DNA from: Octopus sinensis
Taxonomy: Eukaryota
DNA length: 64,000 nt
Direction of reading: 5' to 3'
Assembly (NCBI RefSeq): GCF_006345805.1
Contig: NC_042999.1
Coordinates: 54,932,001 to 54,996,000, forward strand
A program made the position numbers and the translations under genes. The notes beneath the pieces are model-generated. The model searched no databases, was not told where the DNA came from, and worked only from the letters and a program-made list of their open reading frames with translations. Below, in pieces: positions 48,057 through 60,799 of the stretch. Position 1 is the stretch's first letter. Each line of letters opens with the position of its first letter.

Positions 48057-50677
48057 CCTGTAGAAGTTTCATATATACATATGTATAAACGTGTGTGTGT
48101 GTGTGTGTGTATTAGGCAATGACAGCTCAAGAGGGGCAGGTTTTAACAAATATATTGGTTAAATGGTTATTAAGAAAAGGAAAGAATCTTCATTCTTTAG
48201 ATGCTGACCCTACATCAGAAACAAAATTAAACAGGGAAAATATAAAGGAGAAAAGGTAACTGGAGAGAAAAAATGATTAGGGGTCAGGTGAGAAAGGAGT
48301 TTGTGTGTATTATGCTAATAGAAACATCTTTGTTTGAAAGACAGTTTCCAGCCCCTATGATTAGCGTCATCTTAAAGGACCCAATACTGTGGTTGTGTAT
48401 GGAGAGGCTGCATTGAGGACTAAATACTATTGAGATGTCCCCTACTTGTGATGGGTCTACAAACTCTGGGTCCCTCACAAAACCCTTGAGAGAACCATCA
48501 TTATTGTTAAATATAATTTCATTCTTTCTCACACCAAAATGGTGTAAACTTTGATTTCTAACATTAGCACAATTCTTCAGCTTAGTAGGAGAGAAATATA
48601 AATTGATAAAATCTTCCCTCATGTATGACTGGTATTAGGAGAAGAGATAGGGAGACAGACAAACAAAGGTAAACCTGATGTTATTTAGACTCAGAAGGTT
48701 AAAGAATAGAATGGAATATTTAATTCAGAGTCTTACCATTTCTGTCTCTTTGAAGAACCTTAATTCTTTCTACTATTGGCACAAGGTTTTGGAATTTTAT
48801 GGGAGATGTGGAGGGGGGGGAGCACTTGATTACACCAGTTCTGTTGCTCAAATGATGCTTATTTAATTGACCCTGAAAGGATGAAAGAAAAAGTTGATTT
48901 TGGTGCGATTTGAACTCAGAATATGAAGGACCAGAAGAAATGCAATGAAGCATTTTGTCTGACCACTCACAATCCGGCCACCTCACCACTTTACAGAGAA
49001 CCATAATAATTATTTCAAATTTTTGCCACGAGGGCAGCTTGGAGGAGGAGGGCATGAGTCGATTACATCAACCCCAGTGTTCATCTGTTACCTATTTTAT
49101 CGACCCCAAACAGATGAAAGGCAAGGTTGACCTTTGCAGAATTTGAACTCAGAACGTAGCTAAGCATTTCATCCAGCGTGCTAACAACTCTGCCAGCTCG
49201 CCACCCCACAGAGAACCATAATAATGATCAGTCATAGGAACTAATTGAAACTGTCTCCTCTTAATGAAATAGAAATATTAAACTAATAACTACTTAATAA
49301 AGTTTAATTATTAAATTAGTAAAAATCTATATGTCTTATTATTGATTATTAAAATATTGTGCTAATCATTCAAAGCAGTTTTTCCCAAACGTTTTACTGA
49401 TGGAAAAGCCTTGAAATCCATTCCATATCCCAAGGAACCCCTACATAAGAATTGTTAATGCCAGCACTAGAAACCTATCTTTGAAAAGTTTGGTACTTCT
49501 AAATTCATCTGATGCCACACAGACAGTTCAAGACATTTCTTAATGTCACTTCATATTCTTCAAACTAATTATGGATCAATATAGGGTGGCAAGCTGGCAG
49601 AACCTTTAGAATTCCTTGCAAAAATGCTTTGCAGCATTTCGTCTTTCTCTATGTTCTGAGCTCCCACCAAGCTTCACTTAGCCTTTCATCCTTTCAGGCT
49701 CGATAAAATAAGTACCAGGTGCAAACTGGGGTTAAAGTAATCAAAATGTCAGGCCTTGTACAATTATTAGTCAATATTAACGAACTAATTATAAAACCAC
49801 ATTTTCTTATCTAACCATTAGTGTTTATCTTATTAGCTAACTAAATTAATTAATCTGTATTCTATTAGTTAATGATTAAACAATATCTTAATAGCTAACC
49901 ACTAGTCTATATTCTTCTAGTTAACCATTATTAACCAATTGTCCATTCTCCCAGAATTCTCATGAAACTGTTTTCTCCTTTTCTTTCCTTTTCTTGTTGA
50001 CCTGCCTTTTTTTAATAAAAGCTTTGTATTTTTGAATTCCTACTGCTGTAGAGCGTATATAGAACTGGTTGTGGTAATATGGAGATCTATGAACTGAATG
50101 TTAGCCAACACATCCCCATTATTAATTCTCTCTCTTCCATCCACACCACCACCACCACCAATGACAGTGTCTCTGTTATTACTTTCTCCACCCTATCACA
50201 ATAATAAACCTGTTCCTCCCATTAAATTGTAACTTCTCTCAATAATTACCCTAATCATCTCTCTCTCCCGTTTAGTCGTGGGAACCCTTTAGTCTAATAA
50301 TTTACAAAGTGGTCCCACTAATGCTTGTACCATGAGAAAAGCGGCCAATACACTCTATAAAATGGTTGGGAGAATCAAGCAGAGACAACTCAAAATCGAG
50401 AGAACTTTTTAGTGTTGCTGAGGGCCATGATAACCTCTCTGGTGCCTGTGCTATAAAGCAAATACACAGAAGTGCACTCTGTAAAGTATCTGATGTTTGG
50501 CAGGGAATCCAACTATAAAAACCATGACAAAACTGAAATATTAGAGCAAGATGTGGACCTCTGACCCATTAGATTCTGATGAACCAGGAAATCCATGCCT
50601 GCATGGAAAATGGTGATGATGATACACATGATGTAAAGACTAATTATAAAATTGGAAAAGAAAAGTCTGCTTTTCAG

Positions 50678-50763
50678 ATGAAGTCCCTGTTGATACTTGT
50701 TCTGATCCAGATTACAAAGACTCCCTGATCGATTTCACCATCAGAAATACACCGAACCAGTGA
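50678..50763 (+). CDS. Candidate terminal coding exon of the MEGF6-like gene
   Basis: cttttcAG|AT; in phase 1 reads NEVPVDTCSDPDYKDSLIDFTIRNTPNQ-stop in a non-repetitive island. Weak pyrimidine tract and no recognised homology. Confidence 0.3.
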
Positions 50764-52725
50764 TTGATCCGGTCAAATCTGGCAACACTTTTGTGCACCA
50801 ACTAACATATTTTTTCTACTCGAGGCACAAGGCCTGAAATTTGGGGGGAGAGGCCAGTCAATTAGATCGACCCAGTATGCAACTGGTACTTAGTTTATCG
50901 ACCGGGAAAGGATGAAATGCAAAGTTGACCTTGGCAGAATTTGAACTCAGACGAACTACCGTTAAGCATTTCGCCCAGCATGCTAACATTTCTGCCAGCT
51001 TGCCACCTTACCAACTAACATATTAAATAAAGAAAAAAAATTCTCTGTAATATTGTTCACCTTCCAAATAGTAATTACAAAACCAAACCAATTCCACTGT
51101 CTTCACTTTGAGTTACCCAGAAGAAAAGTTTATGTTAATCCCTAATTTCTTTCCAAGTACCCATATCAATATTTTGCTGTGAGTTAAGGTGATGAGCTGA
51201 CAGAATCGTTAGCCCACTGGTCAAACTGCTCAGCAGCATTTCATCTGGCTTTGCATTTTTAGTTCAAATTCCACTGAGATCAACTTTGGCATCAACCCCC
51301 AAAAGAATGAAAGGCAGTGTTGTGTAACTGGCCTGTTAAAAGTACCCTTCAATTGCTGGGCAATGCGCTGTGCTTGTGGGGACCTGTTGAACCGAGTGAA
51401 ATCGTAGTCATGTCTGGTACCAGTGCTGTCTGACTGGCACCCGTAGCACCATTCAAGCATTGGGCCTCATGGAGGCAGTGACAGGTGACCAAGACCTTTG
51501 GCAATATACCATGCTTGTGTTGACCTGTCAAACCAAGTGAAACCGTAGTCGTGGCCAGTGCCAGTGGCATGTAAAAGGCACCCACTACACTCTCGGAGTG
51601 GTTGGCGTTGGGAAGGGCATCCAGCCATAGAAACCATGCCAAATCAGATTGGAACCTGGTGCACACCCCCCCCCCCCACCGGTTTACCAGTTTTCAATCA
51701 AACCATCCAACCCATGCCAGCATAGAAAGCGAACAATAAATGATGATGACGATGCTGATGATGATGATGATGGAGTTGGTAAACTAAGTACCAGTGAAGT
51801 ACTGGGGTCAATATAATCGATTTTACCCTGTCCCTGAGATTGCTGGCCTTGAGCCAAAATGGGAAACCAATATTATACTGTGTATTTCCTGTCCCTAGAA
51901 GTCACAGACCAAACTCCTTGCAAGCCCTCTCTTACCTCTTCCGTCACAAGAACATGGTGTTGCTGCAGCTCCAAACATCCACCATTTGGACCCTGCATTA
52001 AACCCCATTTTCATGATACAAACTCTTTCTTTTAAAATGGTCTCAGTTAAAACCTTCCATCAAAATCCCATGGAAATTTAGGTTCCAAAACACCAGATTA
52101 ATAACAACAAAATTCTTTTACTTAAATTCTTTGTTATTTTCAAACTGAACTGAAACAAAAGCAGTGGATTTTAGCAGAAAAATGGTAACAAAAGGGCTGA
52201 ACATTAGCCTCGCTTAGAAAATCTTTGTGCAAAAGGATCATATATGACCCCTACCAGTTCCGAACCCTATTAAATGGCATCCAATTCATAGAACTCCATA
52301 GAGTAATTATATAATGTTTTTCCTGTTCTTTTAATATTTCTTGTGTGGGTTTTTTTTTTCTCACTTTTTTGTATGTTTTTTTTTCCTCTTTTCTAAACCA
52401 AGTGTATTGTAATGGTTTCATATGGTTCCTACCTTGAAAAATTACAACCTTTATTCATGGACTCCTGGCCCTTTAACCTAAAAACACTCTACCTACCCAC
52501 ACACACATATATGCATGTGTAATGTATATGATGTACACACACACACACACACACACACACCATCATTGTCATTATCATTATTTCAACGTCCATTTTGACT
52601 TGCTTGCATGGGTGAGCAAGAACTTGTCAAGACAGATTTCTTACAGCTGGAAGCCTTTCCTGTTGCCAACCCTCCCTTGTTTCTTAAAAAGGTAATATTT
52701 ACCCATGACATGTTTTCCTGAGCAA

Positions 52726-52904
52726 GGCGCAGAAGTGGCTGTGTGGTAAGTAGCTTGCTTACCAACCACATGGTTCCGGGTTCAGTCCCACTGCGTGGCA
52801 CCTTGGGCCAGTGTCTTCTACTATAGCCTCGGGCCGACCAAAGCCTTGTGAGAGGATTTGGTAGACGGAAACTGAAAGAAGCCTGTCGTATATATGTATA
52901 TATG

Positions 52905-52935
<31 letters not shown>

Positions 52936-53124
52936 TTGTCCCCCTAGCATTGCTTGACAACCGATGCTGATGTGTTTATGTCCCCGTCACTTAGCGGTTC
53001 GGCAAAAGAGAATGATAGTACTGGGCTTACAAAGAATAAGTTCCGGTGTCGATTTGCTCGATTAAAGGCGGTGCTCCAGCATGGCCGCAGTCAAATGACT
53101 GAAACAAGTAAAAGAGTAAAGAGT
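52726..53124 (+). mobile_element. Family A SINE
   Basis: Near-complete copy of the family A consensus. Confidence 0.85.
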
Positions 53125-53229
53125 AAGGTATAAACAGTAGCTGCACGACATTGTGAAGTATATTTGCCACCTAAATGTGGCTGACCCTTAAGGGTCGATG
53201 CTACTGTAGCTTGTTTGGTGTTAGTGAAG

Positions 53230-53540
53230 GCAGGTGGCTTAATGGTTAGGGTATTTGACTTGCAATCATAAGGTTGTGAGTTCGATTCCTGGCAGCAAAT
53301 TGTGTTCTTGAGCAAGACACTTTATTTCACGTTGCTCCAGTCTACTCGGCTGGCAAAAATGAGTTGTTATTGGAAGCCCAACCCTTGTCACACTTTGTGT
53401 CATGCTGAATCGCCCTGAAAATTACACTAAGGGTTATGCGTGACTGTGGAATACTCAGCCACTTGCATGTTAATTTCACAAATAGGTTATTCTGTTGATT
53501 GGATCAACTGGAATCTTCTTCATTGTAACAGGCAGAGCGT
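53230..53540 (+). mobile_element. CORE-type tRNA-derived SINE (another family)
   Basis: TGGCTTAATGGTTAG...GAGTTCGATTCC...TTGTGTTCTTGAGCAAGACACTTTATTTCAC. Confidence 0.7.
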
Positions 53541-53950
53541 TGGTCCTTTATGAAGGACATCCAGATGTGGCCACCATGCCATAACAGGCATTGGAGCTTG
53601 ATGCATTTAGATTCCTCTGACCTTCCAGATCCTATCAAACCGTTTGACACATGCAAGCATAGAAGACGGACACTAAAAAACAATAATGATTGTATGTGTG
53701 TGTGTGTGTGTGTTCAGAAGACAACATTATTGTAGGATAAAAAAGGGTAACAATTTTAACCCATTCCCCACCCCTGCCATCCCTTGTCCCATAGAAATCG
53801 TTGTCATCTTATCAGAAAATAATTCCAGGCTAAAACAACGATACTTTTTGGCAACTAAAGGTTCCAAACACTGTTCAATATTTTAAAAAATGAGGAAGTC
53901 TGTACATTATTTACATTAGACAGATATGTGTCCTCATCTTGTTTGCTGTT

Positions 53951-53996
53951 AGCACAACATTTCACCTGATTTATTCTCCAGCCTTCATCAGGTGTT
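53951..53996 (-). ncRNA. Decayed hammerhead motif (family E)
   Basis: AACAC CUGAUGA A GGCUGG-AGAAUAAA-UCAGGU GAAA UG UU GUGCU; stem II disrupted. Confidence 0.55.
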
Positions 53997-54093
53997 CTTG
54001 TAGGATTTTGAACCCAACCCTGGGTTTTCATTCCTAAGGGTTCTTTTGTTTTTTTGCTGATATTATTATTATTTATTCAAGGCACTGTCCACA

Positions 54094-54705
54094 GGCATAT
54101 AATGTAATGGTTAAAAGTGCAAGCTACTAACCCCAAGATTGCAAGTTCAATTCCAGGCAGTGTCTTGAATAATAATAATAATAATACACCTTACCAGCAC
54201 GTGTCGGTGGCACATGAAAACAACATTCGAGTGTGGTCGTTGCCAGTGCCGCTGGACTGGCTCCTGTGCAGGTAGCACATAAAAAACACTTTTTTGAGCG
54301 AGGTCATTGCCAGAATCACCTGACTGGCCCTCATGCTGGTGGCACATAAAAGCACCCACTACACTCTCAGAGCAGTTGGCGTTAGGAAGGGCATCCAGCA
54401 GTAGAAACTTTGACAGTTCAGATTGGAGCCTGGTGCAGCCTTCTGGCTTACCAGTCTTCAGTCAAACCATCCAACCCATGCCAGCATGGAAAGCAGATGT
54501 TAAACAACGAATAATAATAATAATAATATCAGCAAAAAAAAATACCTTAGGAATGAGAAGCCAGTGTTGGGTTCAAAATTCTACCAGGACACCTGATGAA
54601 GGCTGGAGAATAAATCAGCCGAAACATTGTGGTAACAACAAACAAGAGGAGGATACATATCCATCCAATGTAAATAATGTAAATAATGTGAATATTAAAC
54701 ATTTT
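54094..54705 (+). mobile_element. Family E SINE, interrupted by an RTE tail (about 54190-54515)
   Basis: Same head (GGCATAT...GTTCAATTCCAGGCAGTG) and tail as 22555-22803; inverted partial copy at 53905-54090. Confidence 0.75.
54588..54633 (+). ncRNA. Minimal type-I hammerhead motif (family E)
   Basis: GACAC CUGAUGA A GGCUGG-AGAAUAAA-UCAGCC GAAA CA UU^GUGGU. Confidence 0.7.
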
Positions 54706-55060
54706 AAAAGACTAATAAATATTGAAAACTGATCAAGTTAAAACTCCTTTTGAGGAACATTGAAACTGTTACAATACACTCTTTGCTTTGTTCAGTAGTG
54801 ATAGCTATGTTTCTGAATACTGTGTTTCTTTCCTCCTTTAACTCTTACCTAATTCTACTTAATGCCATGTATAACATTACATACTTGCTTATATTTCATC
54901 GTATCATTTGTGGCTACATGTCACGGCTTGTTTGTCAACTCTTCTACCTGTGGCTTGGTCTGCTGGATTTCAGACATTCTTCTAACATAAAGGAAGTAAA
55001 TTGTCTTCTTTTTTCAACTTTCTCCCCCCCGCCTCTCTCTTTCTCTCTCACACACACGCA

Positions 55061-55133
<73 letters not shown>

Positions 55134-56864
55134 CTAACAAACTCTACCTGCTCTGGAGTTGCTTTGAAAGCCTTACACTTGTCTTTAAATTTGTGAAAGG
55201 CTTTAAAACATGGTTTGTGCCTTCAACCTTCTTAACTCAATATTAACTCTATATTTCATCCCTTAATCCAATATTATCTCAGCTGTCCCCTCTCAATCCA
55301 ATATTAAATTCTCCATCTCAACCTAACACTAACTTTACAGGAAATTCAAGAAATATTTTTCAGGATAAAAACAATTATACACTATAATTTTTAGCTTTTA
55401 CTTTGCACCAATAAAAAAATACACCTCTTCAGACTTTTTTGGTAGAACAAAATAATTACATGTCACATGGTAAATACAAGAAAGAAGTGGTGTAGAATTC
55501 AAATAAATAACAGATCTTCATTTACGAAGTAAATGAAGACTAAGTTTACTGAAGCGTAAATGCGAGAATGTTAATAAGTAGAAGGTCATGGTCATTGCCA
55601 GTGCTGCTTGACTGGTTCCATGTCCGTGGCACGAAAAAGCGCCATTTAAGCATGGTCATTGCCAGTGCCACCTGCTGGTTCCTGGACCAGTGGCTATAAA
55701 AAGCAATATATTCAAGCATGGTTGTTGATTTACGAAGTAAATGAAGACTAAGTTTACTGAAGCGTAAATGCGAGAATGTTAATAAGTAGAAGGTCATGGT
55801 CATTGCCAGTGCTGCTTGACTGGTTCCCATGTCCGTGGCACGTAAAAAGCGCCATTTAAGCATGGTCATTGCCAGTGCCACCTGACTGGGTCCTGTACCA
55901 GTGGCATATAAAAAGCACTATTCAAGCATGGTTGTTGCCAATGCCACCTGACTGGGTCCCATCCTGGTGACACATAAAAAGCATCATTCAAGCGTGGTCA
56001 TTGTCAGTGCTGCCTGACTGGCCTTCATGCAAGTGGCACGTAAAAAGCACCCACTACACTTTCGGAGTGGTGGGTGACAGGAAGTGCATCCAACTGTAGA
56101 AACCTTGCCAGATCAGATTGGAGCCCTGTGCAGCCTCCCGGCTTACCAGTCCTCAGTCAAACCGTCCAACCCATGCCGGCATGGAAAACGGACGTTAAAC
56201 AATGATGATGATGATGAAGGAAATAGAATCAAAATGCAGACAGAATTTAACAATTAGGGAGAGAAAACTTGCCAGATCAGATTGGAGCCAGGTGCAGCTT
56301 CCCAGCTTACCAGTCCTCGGTCAAACTGTCCAACCCATGCCAGCATGGAAAGTAGACGTTAAACAATGATGATGATGATGAAGGAAATAGAATCAAAATG
56401 CAGACAGAATTTAACAATTAGGGAGAGATAGAGAGAGTGAGAGAGAGAGAGTGAGAGAGTGAGAGTGAGAGAGAGACAGTGAGAGAGAGAGTGAGAGAGA
56501 GAGAGAGAGAGAGAGTGAATGCTATGGCTACCACTGATGGTTAAGGTACAATTCATGACAGATATTACTTTTAAACAAAAATGGCTCCCAGACTACTTCA
56601 CAAAAATGAGTCCTGTCACTCTGATGAAACCAAAATGTCATCTGCATCAGGTTGCTGCAATTACAACTTTCCCCCTTTAACCTAACACTCTAATTTCCAC
56701 TCTCTGCCCAATATTACCTCCATTTTCCATTTCTTTTTTCAGCCTCCCACACAGGATGTGCCTCACTCTAAATTCACCCGATTCTTAATTGTTTCCCATT
56801 GCTACAATGATTGCCTCTCTTGAACCTTGGAGTCCCTGGTTATGATACAAATCAATTTCTCTGG

Positions 56865-57071
56865 ACTCTCTTTTACTCTTACTCTCTCTTTTACTTGTTT
56901 CAGTCATTTGACTGCGGCCATGCTGGAGCACCGCCTTTATTCGAACAAATTGACCCCGGGACTTATTCTTTTTGTACGCCCAGTACGTATTCTATCGGTC
57001 TCTTTTTGCCGAACCGCTAAGTAACGGGGACGTAAACACACCAGCATCGGTTGCCAAGCAATGCTAGGGGA

Positions 57072-57115
<44 letters not shown>

Positions 57116-57270
57116 CGACAGGCTTCTTTCAGTTCCGTCAACCAAATCCACTCACAAGGCTTTGGTCAGTCCGAGGCTATAGTAGAAGACACTTGCCCAA
57201 GGTGCCATGCAGTGGGACTGAACCCGGAACCATGTGGTTGGTAAACAAGCTACTTACCACACAGCCACTC
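56865..57270 (-). mobile_element. Family A SINE
   Basis: Reverse complement of the family A consensus. Confidence 0.85.
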
Positions 57271-57790
57271 ATTTCCTTAATGAATTGGCTGATGGCGGTT
57301 TTAACATATAAAGGCCTAGGTGCAGGCATGGCTGTGTGGTTAACAAGTTTGCTTCCTGACCAAATGGTTTTAGGTTCATTACCACTGTGTGGCACCTTAG
57401 GCAAGTGTCTTCTACCATTACCCAGGCCAACCTTGCAAGTGAATCAGAAGACAGAAACTGAAAGAAACCAATTGCGTGTGTGTGTATTGTGCTGAATGTC
57501 TGTTCAATATGTTTGGAATGTGACCAGCTGTGTGTTGATGGGTGTGTTTGTTGTGATGAATGTCTTATTGAAGAAAGAATTAGGGTTTTCCATTGGGTTA
57601 GATGTATACTTTTGAGTGTCTCCACCTGTGTGTATGTGTGTGGTCACCAGCTCTGTGTGTGTGTGTTGACATTGCAGGATAGTTGTAAATAAGTGTCACC
57701 ATCATATTGTCTATAACTTTCAGGATATGGTAGTTTTATCAGAACCCCTTGACAGATCCTTTTTCTTGACCCCCTATTTCTTCAACTTGT

Positions 57791-58018
57791 TTAACCCTTT
57801 CATTACCAACCCAGCTGAAACTACTCTGGCTCTGAGTACAAATATCTTGTTTTTATAAGTTTTGAATTAAAATCATCCACCAAACCTTAGTAACAATTTA
57901 TGTTCCTAACACTAGCTGAATGATAGCTAAATTAGTCTACTAAATTCTTTGTTTTATTTAAAATCAACTGAAAGAAACACAGAGAATCTCAAAATAAATA
58001 CAGTAATGAAAGGGTTAA
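57791..58018. mobile_element. piggyBac-type MITE, same family as 1-734, opposite orientation
   Basis: TTAA CCCTTTCATTAC ... GTAATGAAAGGG TTAA; perfect TIRs and TTAA duplication. Degenerate relatives near 14520-14712, 32840-33070 and 51998-52202. Confidence 0.75.
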
Positions 58019-58029
58019 AAGTACAATGA

Positions 58030-58640
58030 ATGTAGCCATCCTTCATTTTATAAACTATATTCTGATCCAAGGGTTGGGGTTTTGAAGTGGTACTTGGTGA
58101 TAGATGTACCATTTTGTCAAGAATGCCTGATGAGTGTTGAGATTCTGGCGATGACCTGGAGTATTATCAATCACCGATGTCATTGATTCAAGGTTATGTT
58201 CTTCACAATATCTTGTCACTGCCAGACAAAACCATTCTGTGAAAACTTCTGTGATGACTCGAGTGTTCTTTATTGATTTACAAATCACTGATTGATGCAT
58301 TTTGACATTTCTCTCATTAGTCATGAATTTCCTAATATTTTACTCATTAATCATGGTGTTATCAAACCATAAACAAGCATTGGCTCCAGCGTAGAATCTC
58401 CTAAAACATCATCGCCAAATGATAATGTTAAATAGGATTTTTCTTCTCCACACATCCTAAACCCTGAAGCACTTTTTCTTCTTGGAAGATGGAAATATTT
58501 TGTAACATTCTTTTCCAAAAACAAAAAAAAAACCTGCTTTGTCTCCATTGAATCTAAATTGGTGAGGGGAGCCGTCACATTCAGCGACACTCTTAAAAAC
58601 CTCGGGGCCTGTATTTCCCTTTCAATTCCACTTAGCACTT
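58030..58640 (-). mobile_element. pogo/Tigger transposase remnant
   Basis: Degenerate DDE_1-type motifs: KSASGF...LTLSFGDDVLGDSTLEPMLVY; VFTEWF..YCEEHNL..VIDNTPGH; P..NPWIR. Confidence 0.75.
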
Positions 58641-58929
58641 TGTGTGTATGTGAGACTACAAACACATAAATGTGACACACAGTTTCTTACAATTATCATA
58701 GCAATGAAATGATACTCAACAGAAAATATCGTTGGCACTAAACGGGAGAGTACTAAGCAAATACAACTCTATGTTATTGACAGCTAGTGACTTAATGCCA
58801 TTTCGTAAATTTTAACTAAAATTCAATTTCACCGAAATTTCTAAGGGTGATTATAATTCTACTCACTAAGACAAAGAGTTGTCTCCCAATCACTGACAGT
58901 TCTTAATTCCACGTGTGACTTCAATTCAT

Positions 58930-60075
58930 CACCAGCATCATCATTTAACGTCTGCTTTCCATGCTGGCATGGGTTAGATGGTTTGACTGGAACTGGTAAG
59001 ATGGAGAGTAGCACCAGACTCCAGTCTGATTTTGGCTTGGTTTCTTCAGCTGGACGCCTTTCCTTACACCAACCACTTCAAGAGTGTTAGGGGTACTTTT
59101 TACATACCCCTGGCACAGGTGCCATTGACATAACACTGGCAACAGCCACAACTATGATTTCACTTGGCTTGATGAATCTTCTCATGCACAGCCTATTTCC
59201 AAAGGTCTTGGTCACTTGTTATTGCCTTTGTAAAGCCCAACATTCAAAGATCATGCTTCCCCACCTCGTCCCTTGCCTCTTGAGGCCCAACATTCAAAGA
59301 TCATGCTTCCCCACCTCGTCCCTTGCCTCCATGAGGCCCAACATTCAAAGATCATGCTTCCCCACCTCGTCCCTTGCCTCCATGAGGCCCAACATTCAAA
59401 GATCATGCTTCCCCACCTCGTCCCTTGCCTCCATGAGGCCCAACATTCAAAGATCATGCTGCTGTCAGTGGCCACAATTACAATTTCCCCAGTGTCATTT
59501 ATATGACACCAGCAATGGCCACCATTACAATTTCACTTGGCTCAACGTGTCTTCTCACACACAGCATATCACTAAAGGTCTTGGCCATTTGTGATTACCT
59601 TTGTGAGGCCTAACATTCAAAGATCATGCTTCACCACTTCGTCCTATGTCTTCCTGGGTCTCTCTCTTCCACAGCATTCCTCCACTGTTAGAGATCAGAA
59701 CTTCTTTACACAGCTGTCCACATCCTTATGCATTACATGACCATACCAGAGCATTCATCTCCCTTGCACACCGCATCTGATTTCTCTTATGCCCAACTTT
59801 TCTCCCAAGATGCTTACACCCTGTCAAACATGCACACTGACATTGCACATCCAGCAAAGCATGCTAGCTTCATTTCTTTCAAGCCTTTGCGTGTCCTCTG
59901 CAGTCACAGCCCACGTTTCACTACTGTGGAACATAGCTATCACACACAGGCATCATACAGTCTACCTTTCATTCTAAAAGGAAAGTCCTTTGTTGCCAAT
60001 GAATGTAGAAGCCTATTCTTATCCTAACAGCTATACTCTCAGGGTATCTACCACCTCCACTGCTGATTTGGTCAC
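58930..60075 (-). mobile_element. RTE-clade LINE 3' remnant including its 3' UTR
   Basis: KGRLYDACV...SETWAVTAEDTQRLERNEASML.WMCNV...LWYGHVM...RPRKT*DEVVKHDL, continuing into the tail shared with the many short RTE-tail copies. Confidence 0.85.
59232..59460. repeat. 51-bp tandem minisatellite, about 4.5 copies, inside the RTE remnant
   Basis: GAGGCCCAACATTCAAAGATCATGCTTCCCCACCTCGTCCCTTGCCTCCAT with GCCC anchors at 59235, 59285, 59336, 59387 and 59438. Confidence 0.95.
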
Positions 60076-60799
60076 TTAGATGATGGAAGCTATCAACTAC
60101 TTCTAGGCAACATACTTGGTATTTGATGGAGACTGTTTAAGAATGACTCTTACTTAATATCATCCAACAAAAACCAGCTTTCAGAACACAATTGCTTCCC
60201 TACAAAAAACTGGAGTGTCCAAACAATCAGACCTTTTGCATTTGTGAAACTTTTAGTAATAGAAATCTGAGTCATATTTCTAATGCAAATATATACACTT
60301 CAGAATATGTAGTGAAGGTGGTTTACTTTCATACACCTATTTATATATTAGGAAAGGCATCCAGCTGTAAAAACCATGCCAAAACAGTGGAGCTTGGTGC
60401 AGTCCTCTGGCTTGCCAGCTCCTATCAAACTGGCCAACTCATGCCAGCATAGAAAACAGACATGATAATGATGATATACAATATAATTTGTAAATATCTA
60501 ATTATCTGCAAAAACCATTCTTATTCATTTTTTCAAATATACACACACAGCAGGCATTTCTACTCCACATTAAGTATAGAGTTCAATATCAGATCAGGTT
60601 TTCAACTTGCATAATAACAATATTTGTATATATTTTATTATGCATACATGTGTGTGTGCGTGTGTGTGTGTTTGTACACAAATATATAAATAGCTGAAAG
60701 TGCTTCAAGTGAGTTTTCTGCATACAAAAAAACGAATATGGCGGAGTTATTTAAATGCACAGAAAGTGTCCTAGAAATAGTTGATAGCATCTCATACCA

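Noticed and set aside
56743-56770. Alternative terminal-exon candidates (56743, 57724)
   Set aside because: Very short frames in repeat-rich context with no support.
59232-59460. Regular 51-bp repeats as a CRISPR array or repeat protein
   Set aside because: Units are contiguous with no unique spacers, lie inside an RTE remnant and are in a eukaryotic context.
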